A DNA stretch of 64,000 nt from Alphaproteobacteria bacterium (GCA_015062385.1 SUUT01000003.1:76066-140065), one strand, 5' to 3'; shown: positions 1 through 9,751, numbered from the stretch's first letter. A program made the numbers and translations. The notes: a model not told the origin generated them from the letters alone.

Positions 1-162
1 AGTAAATTGAGAAAAATCATATTCATTTTTTTTTAAAAGGCAAGAAAAATATAATATCTATGTATGATTATGTTTTTTTTGTTTTTAGAATGTATTTTTT
101 TGAAAAAAAGGATTGTGTTTTTCAGAAAAATATTTTACACTCATTTTTGAGAATTGTTTAAC

Positions 163-177
163 GAACGAAAAGGGAAC
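163..177 (+). promoter_or_regulatory. candidate LexA/SOS box (GAAC-N7-GAAC) upstream of recA
   Basis: gaacGAAAAGGgaac at 163-177 ends 6 nt before the recA ATG. It has the direct-repeat form of the SOS operator described for alphaproteobacteria. It overlaps the probable RBS, so coincidence is possible. Confidence 0.4.
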
Positions 178-182
178 AAAAA

Positions 183-1217
183 ATGGAAAAAGATAAAGCA
201 TTGGAAGCAGCATTAAGTCAAATTGAACGGGCCTTCGGAAAGGGTTCCATTATGCGATTGGGACAAAAAAATAATGCCGTTGAAATTCCAGCAATTTCAA
301 CCGGTTCATTAGGTTTGGATTTGGCTTTGGGAATCGGTGGATTACCCAAAGGTCGTATTATTGAAATTTATGGTCCGGAAAGTTCCGGTAAAACAACGTT
401 GGCCCTTCATGTTGTGGCAGAAGCTCAAAAACAGGGTGGTACGTGTGCTTATATTGATGCAGAACATGCGATGGATCCGATTTATGCCGGAAAATTAGGT
501 GTTAATATTAATGAGTTATTGATTTCTCAGCCGGATACAGGTGAGCAGGCATTGGAAATTGCTGATACATTGGTTCGTTCCGGAACAATTGATGTGCTGG
601 TTGTAGATTCGGTTGCTGCTTTGGTTCCGAAAGCGGAATTAGAGGGAGAAATGGGAGATTCTCATATGGGTTTACAAGCTCGTTTGATGAGTCAGGCCTT
701 GCGTAAAATTACGGCTTCTGTTGCACGGGCAAATACATTAGTTATCTTTATTAACCAGATTCGTATGAAAATCGGTGTTATGTTTGGAAATCCTGAAACA
801 ACAACAGGTGGTAATGCTTTGAAATTTTATGCATCTGTTCGGTTAGATATTCGTCGGATTGGAGCGGTTAAAGATAAAGATAATACAGTTGGAAATCAAA
901 CCCGTGTGAAAATTGTTAAAAATAAAGTTTCTCCACCGTTTAAAACAGTTGATTTTGATATTTTGTACGGGGAAGGGATTTCTAAAACAGGAGAATTGTT
1001 GGATTTGGGTGTTAAAGCCGGTATTATTGAAAAGGCTGGTTCATGGTTTTCTTGTAAAGGGGAACGAATTGGTCAGGGACGTGAATCCGCAAGGGCTTAT
1101 TTAAAAGCAAATCCGGAAGTTGCCGAAGCTATTGAAAAACAAGTGCGAGATCAGGCAAAAGATATTTCACAAAAATTAATGGTTGCCGATGGGGCGGATG
1201 ATTCATCGATAGATTAG
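183..1217 (+). CDS. recA: recombinase RecA
   Basis: 344 aa. Walker [10 protein letters not shown], and [11 protein letters not shown] and [15 protein letters not shown] motifs. Colinear with RecA throughout. Confidence 0.97.
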   Translation: MEKDKALEAALSQIERAFGKGSIMRLGQKNNAVEIPAISTGSLGLDLALGIGGLPKGRIIEIYGPESSGKTTLALHVVAEAQKQGGTCAYIDAEHAMDPIYAGKLGVNINELLISQPDTGEQALEIADTLVRSGTIDVLVVDSVAALVPKAELEGEMGDSHMGLQARLMSQALRKITASVARANTLVIFINQIRMKIGVMFGNPETTTGGNALKFYASVRLDIRRIGAVKDKDNTVGNQTRVKIVKNKVSPPFKTVDFDILYGEGISKTGELLDLGVKAGIIEKAGSWFSCKGERIGQGRESARAYLKANPEVAEAIEKQVRDQAKDISQKLMVADGADDSSID

Positions 1218-1227
1218 ATAAAAACAT

Positions 1228-1254
1228 CTTCGCCGGTCTAAAAAGCCGGCGAAG
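1228..1254 (+). terminator. rho-independent terminator after recA
   Basis: GC-rich hairpin cttcgccgg/ccggcgaag directly after the recA stop. Confidence 0.6.
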
Positions 1255-1309
1255 GTGTATTAATTTCAAGGACGTCATACGTGTTATCAAGTAACATGGA
1301 GCAGGTAAA

Positions 1310-1807
1310 ATGATGTTTGAGTTTAATTTTAAGGAAAGATTGGATTGGATTCTTTATACATTAAAGCATAAAGTTGCTTTTTTGAAGGTTGAAAAACAAT
1401 TACGAGGAAGAAATACATTTAGGGGATTACTTCATGATTTAGATAAAGTTTTTCTTTATATGATTCCATGGATTAACTTAGAGGATGCCCATAAACATCA
1501 TGTTAAAAAGTCTTCGCATCATTTAAGTGCTGATAAGCCTAAGACATTGGAGAATATTGAAGAAGCTGTTATTGATTGGGAATGTGCACCGTTAACGAAG
1601 CCAGATAAACCGTTAAATGCTTATGAAACATTGTATAAATATTATCCAGAGTATATAAAAGATGTGTTGCCGGTTATTCAAAAATGGTTGCCACATCAAA
1701 TTATACGTGAAGAAGACAAAATAAAATCAATATCAGGTACATACAGAGATGTGACAGAAAGAGGCTCTGTTAAAGAAATTGAAGATGTTCATGTATCCAA
1801 AGGATAG
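1310..1807 (+). CDS. hypothetical protein with His-rich motifs (LLHDLDK, HKHHVKKSSHH)
   Basis: 165-aa ORF between recA and alaS. No family recognised with confidence. Not RecX-like. Confidence 0.55.
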   Translation: MMFEFNFKERLDWILYTLKHKVAFLKVEKQLRGRNTFRGLLHDLDKVFLYMIPWINLEDAHKHHVKKSSHHLSADKPKTLENIEEAVIDWECAPLTKPDKPLNAYETLYKYYPEYIKDVLPVIQKWLPHQIIREEDKIKSISGTYRDVTERGSVKEIEDVHVSKG

Positions 1808-2234
1808 CCCCAAGAGAATCTAAAGAATTTGCAATAACGATTGAGCATCATTCTGCTACGATTCAAACACCATCGTCTATTTAATATTCGAAATAATTAA
1901 AATCATTATTACTGTATTTTATTAAATTAACGTAAAGTTGTTTTATGTGAAAAAGACATATTTTTTGAATAGGTAAAGATTTTTCGTGTTGGGATTGATA
2001 AAACGAAAACGCTATAAAATATCCGATAGGTAATATCGGATATTTTTATTGAAACTGAGTTTTATAAGTCGTTTGTGTATAAAAATGTTTATGGGGTTTT
2101 GATGATTGATTTCCCAGTGTTTGAACAGACAAATAAGATGTTTGTTTGAAACAACGGAAATATATTGAAAAAAAATAAAAAATATTGTATAAAAACGTAT
2201 CGTTAAATTTTAGGTTAAAGAAAAAGAGGAAAAA

Positions 2235-4883
2235 ATGAGTCAGAACATTACCGCTCAGGTTCGTAAAAAATTTATTGATTATTTTCAAAAACAAGATCAT
2301 GTTATTGTGCCGGCCAGTTCATTGGTTCCTAAAAATGATCCGACTTTGATGTTTACCAATTCCGGTATGGTACAGTTTAAAAATTATTTTACAGGTGCAG
2401 AAAAAGCTCCGTTTTTGCGAGCAGCAACCGTTCAAAAATCTGTACGGGCAGGGGGTAAACATAATGATTTGGATAATGTCGGTTACACAAAGCGACATCA
2501 TACCTTTTTTGAAATGCTCGGTAATTTTTCTTTTGGAGATTATTTTAAAGAAAAAGCCATTTATTATGCATGGGAATTATTAACAAAAGAAATCGGTTTG
2601 GATAAGTCAAAACTTTTGGTGACAGTTTATCACACAGATGATGAAGCGTTTGATTTATGGAAAAAAATTGCCGGTTTTTCAGATCGTGATATTATTCGGA
2701 TTGCAACAAAAGATAATTTTTGGCAAATGGGGGATACCGGACCATGCGGACCGTGTTCTGAAATTTTTTATGATCACGGGGAACAGTATTGGGGCGGTCG
2801 TCCGGGAACACCGGAAGAAGATGGTGATAGATTTATTGAAATTTGGAATTTGGTTTTTGATCAATATGAAGACTTACCTTCCGGAGAAAGAATTAGTATT
2901 CCTAAAAAATGTATTGATACTGGTTCAGGGTTAGAACGTGTCAGTGCTATTTTGCATGGAACAAATGATAATTATGGTATTGATATTTTTACTTCTTTAA
3001 TTGAAAATGCAGCAGAATTGGCACATGTGGATCCGTATGGTGAAAGCAAAACATCTTTACGGGTTATTGCCGATCATTTGCGGTCAGCATCGTTTTTGTT
3101 GGCTGATGGAGTTATGCCTTCCAATGAAGGACGGGGTTATGTTTTACGGCGGATTATGCGTAGAGCTATGCGTCATGCTCATTTAATCGGATGTAAAGAA
3201 CCGTTAATGTATCAATTGGTTCCGAATTTAATTAATACAATGGGGGAGGCTTATCCGGAGTTAATTAAAAATCAACAGTTGATTGTTGAAGCACTAAAAA
3301 TGGAAGAAGAAAAATTTAAGCAGACATTAGATAAAGGATTAAAATTATTGGCAGACGAAACTGTTTCATTAAATAGTGGTGATTCTCTATCCGGTGATGT
3401 AGCCTTCAAATTATATGATACGTATGGATTTCCATTGGATTTAACGCAAGATGCTCTGCGTTCCAAAGGAATTATGGTTGATACGGACGGATTTAATCAA
3501 GCAATGGAAAAACAACGGGCAGAAGCTCGTAAATCATGGGCAGGTTCCGGAGATAGTGCTGATGAAAAAATCTATTTTCAAATTGCCGATAAAACTGGTT
3601 CTACTGAATTTTTGGGATATGATTCGGATGAAGTTGAAGCACAAATTGTTTCCTTGCTTCAAAACGGAGAAGAAGTAAATGCTGTTGGTAAAGGGATGAC
3701 AGTTTCTGTTATTGCCAATCAAACACCATTTTATGGGGAAATGGGTGGACAAATTGGGGATACCGGTACAATTAAAACTGCAACGGCATTGTTGACAGTG
3801 ACGGATACGGTACGAAAAGCCGATTCTGCTTTAATTGTTCATATCTGCAAAGTTGAAGAAGGAACGGTTTGTGTTGGCGATACAGGATTATTTGCTATTG
3901 ATTCAAAACGGCGGTTTAGTATTCGGGCACACCATTCGGCAACGCACCTTTTGCAGGCAGCTTTACAAAAAGTACTTGGAAATCATGTTCACCAAAAGGG
4001 GTCATTAGTTATGGCAGACGGATTTAGATTTGACTTTACTTATCCAAAGGCAATGACAAATGAACAAATTATAGCAGTTGAACAATTAGTCAATGATATG
4101 ATTTTATCCAATGTGCCTGTTATTACGGAATTGATGACTCCGGAAGCAGCAGTTGAACAAGGGGCAATGGCATTGTTTGATGAAAAGTACGGTGAAACAG
4201 TTCGTGTTGTTTCGATGGGGATTGGAGATAATCGTTATTCTTGTGAATTATGCGGGGGGACCCATGCTCGTGCAACAGGGGATATCGGTTTATTTAGATT
4301 GATTTCAGAATCCGGTATTTCTGCCGGTGTACGACGGATTGAAGCTGTTGTCGGAAAAAGTGCTCTTGCATTAATGCAACGTCAAAATAATATTATTGAA
4401 ACGGTTATGTCTTTATTGAAATCAACGGGTACAGATGATATGCTTGCCAAAGTGACAGCCTTGCAAGAGGACAAAAAACATTTGGAAAAAGAAGTTGTTG
4501 ATTTGCGACGTAAGGTTGCTATGGGCGGGGCTTCTGGAAGTCAAACGGGACAAGATGTAATGACTGTAAATGGCACTTCATTTATTGGAAAGATTTTACC
4601 TGATACGCCGGCGAAGGAATTGAAACCGCTGGTTGATGAGTTTAAAAAGAAAATCGGTAGTGGTGTAATTGCTTTAATTGCTTCATTTGAAGAAAAAGTA
4701 TCTGTTGTAGTGGGTGTGACGTCAGATTTAACGGACAAATATAATGCTGTTGATTTTGTACGTTTAGCAGCAGGAATTGTTGGTGGTAAGGGCGGTGGTG
4801 GTCGTCCGGATATGGCTCAGGCCGGCGGTTCGGATGTTTCTAAAATGCAGAACGCCCTTCAAAAAATTCAGGAAAATTTATAA
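2235..4883 (+). CDS. alaS: alanine--tRNA ligase
   Basis: 882 aa. N-terminal class II core (FTNSGMVQFK), editing-domain HSATHLL and CGGTH motifs, C-terminal GGGGGRPDMAQAGG. Confidence 0.97.
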   Translation: MSQNITAQVRKKFIDYFQKQDHVIVPASSLVPKNDPTLMFTNSGMVQFKNYFTGAEKAPFLRAATVQKSVRAGGKHNDLDNVGYTKRHHTFFEMLGNFSFGDYFKEKAIYYAWELLTKEIGLDKSKLLVTVYHTDDEAFDLWKKIAGFSDRDIIRIATKDNFWQMGDTGPCGPCSEIFYDHGEQYWGGRPGTPEEDGDRFIEIWNLVFDQYEDLPSGERISIPKKCIDTGSGLERVSAILHGTNDNYGIDIFTSLIENAAELAHVDPYGESKTSLRVIADHLRSASFLLADGVMPSNEGRGYVLRRIMRRAMRHAHLIGCKEPLMYQLVPNLINTMGEAYPELIKNQQLIVEALKMEEEKFKQTLDKGLKLLADETVSLNSGDSLSGDVAFKLYDTYGFPLDLTQDALRSKGIMVDTDGFNQAMEKQRAEARKSWAGSGDSADEKIYFQIADKTGSTEFLGYDSDEVEAQIVSLLQNGEEVNAVGKGMTVSVIANQTPFYGEMGGQIGDTGTIKTATALLTVTDTVRKADSALIVHICKVEEGTVCVGDTGLFAIDSKRRFSIRAHHSATHLLQAALQKVLGNHVHQKGSLVMADGFRFDFTYPKAMTNEQIIAVEQLVNDMILSNVPVITELMTPEAAVEQGAMALFDEKYGETVRVVSMGIGDNRYSCELCGGTHARATGDIGLFRLISESGISAGVRRIEAVVGKSALALMQRQNNIIETVMSLLKSTGTDDMLAKVTALQEDKKHLEKEVVDLRRKVAMGGASGSQTGQDVMTVNGTSFIGKILPDTPAKELKPLVDEFKKKIGSGVIALIASFEEKVSVVVGVTSDLTDKYNAVDFVRLAAGIVGGKGGGGRPDMAQAGGSDVSKMQNALQKIQENL

Positions 4884-4903
4884 TTTTTAATAAATAATTT
4901 TTT

Positions 4904-4937
4904 GAACCTCTTTTGTTTTTAACAAAGGAGGTTTTTC
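4904..4937 (+). terminator. rho-independent terminator after alaS
   Basis: Hairpin aacctcttttgtt/aacaaaggaggtt followed by a T-run. Confidence 0.55.
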
Positions 4938-4946
4938 CTTATCTGT

Positions 4947-5120
4947 AAAAAAAGGGACGTATAAATGCAACACTTTTTTTCACATTTTGGTATTTTTTTT
5001 GATTTTAACTAACCAATTCAATAAAAACAATAATCTTTCATTTTTTTTAGAAACCGATTTTACCGATTCGAAGCGGGAAAAAAAGGTCCCTTTTATTACA
5101 CTCACTTTATAAATGCAACT
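4947..5120 (+). promoter_or_regulatory. conserved 5' cassette of the pilin-like gene family (copy 1)
   Basis: Near-identical ~175-bp sequence lies upstream of all four paralogues, in the same orientation relative to each gene (4947-5120, 12135-12308 rc, 25092-25260, 58286-58452). Confidence 0.8.
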
Positions 5121-5141
5121 TTATGATGTGAGGAGAAGATT

Positions 5142-7355
5142 ATGCGAATCAAACCGAATGAACACGGACGGAGTATGGTAGAAATCCTTGGGGTTTTGGC
5201 AATTATCGGGATTTTATCAATCGGCGGAATGGCGGGCTATCAATATGCATATTCATCATATCAAGCGGGACAGATTCAAGATGTTGTCAGTAAGGCTAAA
5301 TTATTGGCAACACAAAATAATCGTTCTTCGCATGTAAAAGAAGTACGGCGTTTTGTGGAAAATATGTTATCTAAGTATAAACCGGCTGATACGACACCAA
5401 TGGTTACACACCGTGACGGGAAATATATTGTCGATTTGTTTAACATCTCTGATTCGGTTTGTGAAAAACTCCAAAACAGACGGGATATATTCAATTCTAT
5501 GCGAATTGGTATGACACCGGAAGCGTGTACAACAGCTGAAATGAGTATGCAATTTATGTTTGACAGTATTGTCATCGGGGGAAGCAGTTCCGGGGGAGCG
5601 GAAAGCGGATATGATGACCCGAACAATCCGGATATAGGACGATGTCCGGATAAACAAGTCTGGCGACAAAAGGAAGACGGGACATATGGCTGTGTTTGTC
5701 GGCATGCATATGAATATGGAGAAGATTGTACCCGATGTGAACCGCCTCGCAGTTGGAATCAAGGTAATCAGAGTTGCCAATGTCCGGCAGATAAACCGAT
5801 ATGGGAATATGGTGTCTGTAAATGTATAGCCGATACAGACTGTCAATACAGTGGCACGGGTTTTTGTTGTGATGATACGGAACAAGTGTGTCGACAATGT
5901 GATGAAACGGATTGTGATAAAGCCAAAGGATTAACATTGGCAGATGGACGGTGTGTTTGTTCGGGACGGAAAGAATGGCGACAAGATGAGGGGGATTCTG
6001 AACCGAGTTGTAAATGTCCCGTTAATACGCCAACAGAAGCAAATTCTAAAACGTGCGAATGTCCGGACGGAAAAGATAATGTTGATGAGGACGGAGACGG
6101 GATGAACGAATGTGTCACATCTTGTCCGAGTGATACGGGATTTACGGGATTGAGAAATCGCACGACAGGGAATTGTTTATGTGATACGAGTAAAGGATAC
6201 AAGGCTGAATCGGAAACGGTCGGAGGGGTACAAACGTGCGTGTGTGATGACACACAGTCATATTATGAAAACACAAGTGGAGGATGTACAAAATGTTTTC
6301 GTACAACAAAAGAATGGTGTGAAATTCAGAATAAATCATGGTTAGATGTTGATTGCAACAGTATGAATGAAGAAGTTTGGGGATGTCGAATATATAAAAA
6401 AACATCAGAAGGTACATTTATGTATAATCCTTCCACAAAAAAATATTGTGAAGGAAAATTTGAAGTTTTAGTAAAAGATGAGAATGGTAAATTTGTATGC
6501 ACGAATGCTTGTGGTACGGCATATGGAACCGGTGGAACAGGAAAGGGCAATCGCTATAATTCAAATGGATGGTGTGGTTGTGTTCACTTTACTGTTTGGG
6601 AAAACGAAGAATGTGTTAATAAATGTAGTAATGGAATGTTATGGAATGGAAAATGTACACCTTGTCGAACAGGACACTGGACAACAGATGGTATTAAATG
6701 TAATAGTGGTTGCAATGATATTATGAGTGGACCATTCGGAACGGCATTTTCTTATCAACAATGGTTAAGAAAAACAGATAAAGCTACTTGTCATCCTAAT
6801 GAAGATGATGGTATTTCCGGTCGTGCTTTTCAATCAACGGATCCAAATTCACCGTGTTTTTACGGTAAGGGCTGTTATGTAATAAGTCAAAATTTAGCAA
6901 CATGTACATATGGTAATATTATTACGGAAGATTGCAAATGTTCAACCGGTGGGAGTGTTGGTCAATATTGTTGTTCGGCATCAACATATCCGACATCAAC
7001 GGGGTGTGTTTCTTGTCCGATAGGTCAAGTGCCAAACTCTACCCGTACAGGATGTACAATGTGTGAGCCGAACAAAATTACACAAAACGGAAAATGTGTT
7101 AAATGTGATAAAGGATATTATCCGAGCAGTCAACAAAACCGGTGTTTGGCTTGTCCGGCAGACAGAACAACCGATGAAGACGGGTTAACGTGTAGCGTTT
7201 GTGTGGATAGTTTAAAAGTGTTTAATATGATAACAAATAAGTGCGAATGTAAAAACGGTTATGAAGAAAATCCGGTTAACGGAAGTTGTATTTTGTTTGA
7301 GGATGAGATGGAAGAAAGCGAAGTATCTGAAAGTGCTGAAATATATATTAATTAA
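5142..7355 (+). CDS. giant cysteine-rich protein with type IV prepilin-type N-terminal leader
   Basis: 737 aa. N-terminus MRIKPNEHG/RSMVEILGVLAIIGILSIGG has Gly at -1, Glu at +5 and a hydrophobic helix. The rest is dense in Cys with many CxxC and CxC pairs. RBS gaggag upstream. Confidence 0.85.
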   Translation: MRIKPNEHGRSMVEILGVLAIIGILSIGGMAGYQYAYSSYQAGQIQDVVSKAKLLATQNNRSSHVKEVRRFVENMLSKYKPADTTPMVTHRDGKYIVDLFNISDSVCEKLQNRRDIFNSMRIGMTPEACTTAEMSMQFMFDSIVIGGSSSGGAESGYDDPNNPDIGRCPDKQVWRQKEDGTYGCVCRHAYEYGEDCTRCEPPRSWNQGNQSCQCPADKPIWEYGVCKCIADTDCQYSGTGFCCDDTEQVCRQCDETDCDKAKGLTLADGRCVCSGRKEWRQDEGDSEPSCKCPVNTPTEANSKTCECPDGKDNVDEDGDGMNECVTSCPSDTGFTGLRNRTTGNCLCDTSKGYKAESETVGGVQTCVCDDTQSYYENTSGGCTKCFRTTKEWCEIQNKSWLDVDCNSMNEEVWGCRIYKKTSEGTFMYNPSTKKYCEGKFEVLVKDENGKFVCTNACGTAYGTGGTGKGNRYNSNGWCGCVHFTVWENEECVNKCSNGMLWNGKCTPCRTGHWTTDGIKCNSGCNDIMSGPFGTAFSYQQWLRKTDKATCHPNEDDGISGRAFQSTDPNSPCFYGKGCYVISQNLATCTYGNIITEDCKCSTGGSVGQYCCSASTYPTSTGCVSCPIGQVPNSTRTGCTMCEPNKITQNGKCVKCDKGYYPSSQQNRCLACPADRTTDEDGLTCSVCVDSLKVFNMITNKCECKNGYEENPVNGSCILFEDEMEESEVSESAEIYIN

Positions 7356-7445
7356 AATGACAAATAAATAGATTTGTTTGTTTTCTAAAAAAAATGTTGT
7401 TTTTTCAATTTTATTTGATATAATATTCTTATAAGGAGATTTATC

Positions 7446-8495
7446 ATGAAAAAATTATGCCTTTTATTGTTGACAACGGCTCTTTCTCTACCTGCTTTTG
7501 CCGGTTTTGTTGAAGGAGAACAAGCATTTAAAGACCAGCATTATTCGCAAGCATTTTCAGAATTTTTACCATTGGCAAATGCCGGTGATTTTCGTTCACA
7601 ATACTATGTCGGATATTTGTATGTTAACGGATACGGTGTAACACAAAATAAAAAAGAGGGATTGCGATATCTGCAAATGTCCATTGATCAAAATTATGAT
7701 ATGGCTCAGGCTTTAATGGCTTACTTATATTCAGAAGGGCAACTTGTTCCGAAAGACAAAAAGAAAGCGATTGAATTATATCAACAAGCAGCTCGTCAGA
7801 ATAATATTTCAGCCAATTTAAATTTAGGCGTTATGTATTATATGGGCGATTCGGTTGCACGTGATTATAAAACTGCATTAGATTATTTTCAAAAAGTTCC
7901 ATTGGATCAACAACCGATTGTCAGTAGATATTTAGGAGATATTTATTTAAATAATGCTACATTAAGAGATTATAATAAAGCATTATTTTATTATGAAGTG
8001 TCTGCTCGTCAAAATGATTTAAGTTCTTATTATAATTTGGGCGAAATATATAAGAAGGGTTTAGGTGTTGGGCAAGATATGAATAAAGCCATAAATTATT
8101 ACAAATATGCGGCAACACAAAATTATGGTCCGGCACAATATATGTTAGGTATTATCCATGCCAATGGTGAAGGTGTGACTAGAGATATTTATAAAGCATT
8201 TGCATGGTTTCAATTGGCAGAAGAACAAGGATTGACTATTGCCGGAGAAGCAAAAGAAAAATTAGAAAAAAATATGTCTTTATCAGATATGGACATGGCT
8301 CGCAGACAAGTTGTTTTAATTCAACAAAATGAAATGGGTAAAGTCGAACCGCCATTTCAGGATATGGTTGCAACCAAGGCAATGGAAAATGCTACCGGAA
8401 GTACTGCACTTACTGCTGCAGGAGCAACAGCCGGTGCTGTTGCAGGTAAAAAAGTAACAACTAAAAAACGAGTTTTACGTAGACGTAGGAGATAA
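7446..8495 (+). CDS. Sel1-like repeat (SLR/TPR) protein, secreted
   Basis: Signal peptide, then about seven repeats of the Sel1 pattern (A..Y..AA.QG...AQ..LG.MY..G.GV..D). Basic RRRRR tail. Confidence 0.85.
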   Translation: MKKLCLLLLTTALSLPAFAGFVEGEQAFKDQHYSQAFSEFLPLANAGDFRSQYYVGYLYVNGYGVTQNKKEGLRYLQMSIDQNYDMAQALMAYLYSEGQLVPKDKKKAIELYQQAARQNNISANLNLGVMYYMGDSVARDYKTALDYFQKVPLDQQPIVSRYLGDIYLNNATLRDYNKALFYYEVSARQNDLSSYYNLGEIYKKGLGVGQDMNKAINYYKYAATQNYGPAQYMLGIIHANGEGVTRDIYKAFAWFQLAEEQGLTIAGEAKEKLEKNMSLSDMDMARRQVVLIQQNEMGKVEPPFQDMVATKAMENATGSTALTAAGATAGAVAGKKVTTKKRVLRRRRR

Positions 8496-8497
8496 CT

Positions 8498-8911
8498 ATG
8501 TTAAGAAAAACAGATAATATAAAAAAACAATCAAAACAGACCGTAGAATCTAAAACAAGTGTTGATAAGTTGGTATCGGGTTCATCAGGTGGTTTTGTTT
8601 CTGCCATATTTAAATCTATTTTTCGTTTTAGATTTATTACGATTATCGGTTTTTTTATTGGATGTATCATATATGATATACATTCCGAAACAAATCCGTT
8701 ATCTAATATTTTAAAAACAGTGGATTTATATATAATCGGATGCTTTATGGTATTTGTGTTACACTTTGTTTTATGGATTTTTACTGATAAGGCAACATTT
8801 TATAATATTAAAGGTCGTGTTTTAAACTTCTTTGGTGATGTATTTTTCTTGTTTGCATCAACGCTTGGAACTGTTGGTTCGTTGTTTTTGTTAAATGCGT
8901 TTATTTTGTAA
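8498..8911 (+). CDS. hypothetical membrane protein
   Basis: 137 aa with 3-4 predicted TM segments. Starts 2 nt after the Sel1 gene stop. Confidence 0.5.
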   Translation: MLRKTDNIKKQSKQTVESKTSVDKLVSGSSGGFVSAIFKSIFRFRFITIIGFFIGCIIYDIHSETNPLSNILKTVDLYIIGCFMVFVLHFVLWIFTDKATFYNIKGRVLNFFGDVFFLFASTLGTVGSLFLLNAFIL

Positions 8912-9076
8912 TATTCAAAATTTGAGGTCTTCATCAGTCGTTTTGGTTACCTCTTTATTATAGCAATATAGTATTGTTTAAAAAAAAGACAAACTTTCGC
9001 ATATTTTTCTCTTGATTTTTATTAAAAATAACGCCATACTACTGCTTGTAATTCATTTTATTGAAGGAGTTTCGTT

Positions 9077-9523
9077 ATGAAAAAACAAATTGCTACAATC
9101 GTGTTATCATCAACACTTTTATTATCAGGTTGTGCCAACTGGTGCGATGAATGTGCCGATGGTTCCTGTGATGTTGTCACAACAAAAACAGAATTAGCAG
9201 CTGATACATTATTTGCTTTTGATTCTGCTACATTATCTGCATCTGCTGATGCTGCTTTAACACCTATTGTTGAAAGATTAAAAGCTGATTCAACAGAAAA
9301 AGTCAGAATCGCCGGTTATACAGACAGTACAGGTTCGGAAGCATACAATATGAAATTATCTGAACGTCGTGCAAATGCCGTTGCAGCTTACTTTGAAGCA
9401 CATGGTATTTCCTGCGATCGTATTGAAACAAGAGGTTTCGGCGAATCTCATCCGGTTGCTTCTAATGCAACAGCTGCCGGTCGTCAACAAAACCGTCGTG
9501 CTGTTGTTGTCACTGTTCAATAA
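9077..9523 (+). CDS. OmpA-family (Pal-like) lipoprotein
   Basis: Lipobox LLLSGC. OmpA C-terminal domain motifs (FDSATL, GYTDSTGSEAYNMKLSERRANAV, NRRAVV). Confidence 0.9.
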   Translation: MKKQIATIVLSSTLLLSGCANWCDECADGSCDVVTTKTELAADTLFAFDSATLSASADAALTPIVERLKADSTEKVRIAGYTDSTGSEAYNMKLSERRANAVAAYFEAHGISCDRIETRGFGESHPVASNATAAGRQQNRRAVVVTVQ

Positions 9524-9549
9524 GAACAATGCAACTTGTTTATACAAAA

Positions 9550-9577
9550 CAGCGTGTTTTTTACACGCTGTTTTTTT
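9550..9577 (+). terminator. rho-independent terminator
   Basis: cagcgtg-tttttta-cacgctg followed by T7. Confidence 0.7.
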
Positions 9578-9751
9578 GTTTTCACAGCTATAATTCTATT
9601 TAAACCTAATAACTCATATGAATAAAAAATGGTTTAATTTTGTTTTATGCTCTTTTATAGATATAATTTTACGATATCATTACAGTACCTGTTAATCAAC
9701 TATTTTTAGTTGATTAACAGGCGTGGTTCTACAAACGAAGTTTTTATTTTT

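Noticed and set aside
913-1104. Many short ORFs in the track are nested in, or antisense to, long conserved genes. Examples: 913-1104 in recA; 2319-4738 within alaS; 5276-6726 within the first pilin-like gene; 9817-11673 antisense to the second; 14878-15672 in hemW; 22642-23307 in murJ; 42406-43461 in the SNF2 gene; and others in mod and res.
   Set aside because: They overlap confidently identified genes in other frames. They have low-complexity, A/T-driven composition and no RBS or recognisable motif. They were treated as spurious.
1310-1807. The ORF in the classical recX position between recA and alaS might be RecX.
   Set aside because: The sequence has none of the RecX three-helix repeat character and instead has HD..K / HKHH His-rich motifs. 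It is left as hypothetical.
5062-5078. The gattcgaagcggg segment in the cassette looks superficially like a tRNA T-loop (GTTCGAA).
   Set aside because: No acceptor, D or anticodon arms can be drawn around it. It is the same in all four cassettes, each upstream of a protein gene.
4990-5080. Sigma-54 (TGGCAC-N5-TTGC) or sigma-28 (TAAA-N15-GCCGATAA) promoter inside the conserved 5' cassette. Candidate strings are ttggtattttttttga and (t/g)ccgattcgaa.
   Set aside because: The GG/GC dinucleotides and the GCCGAT element are not conserved across the four copies, and the spacing does not fit the consensus.
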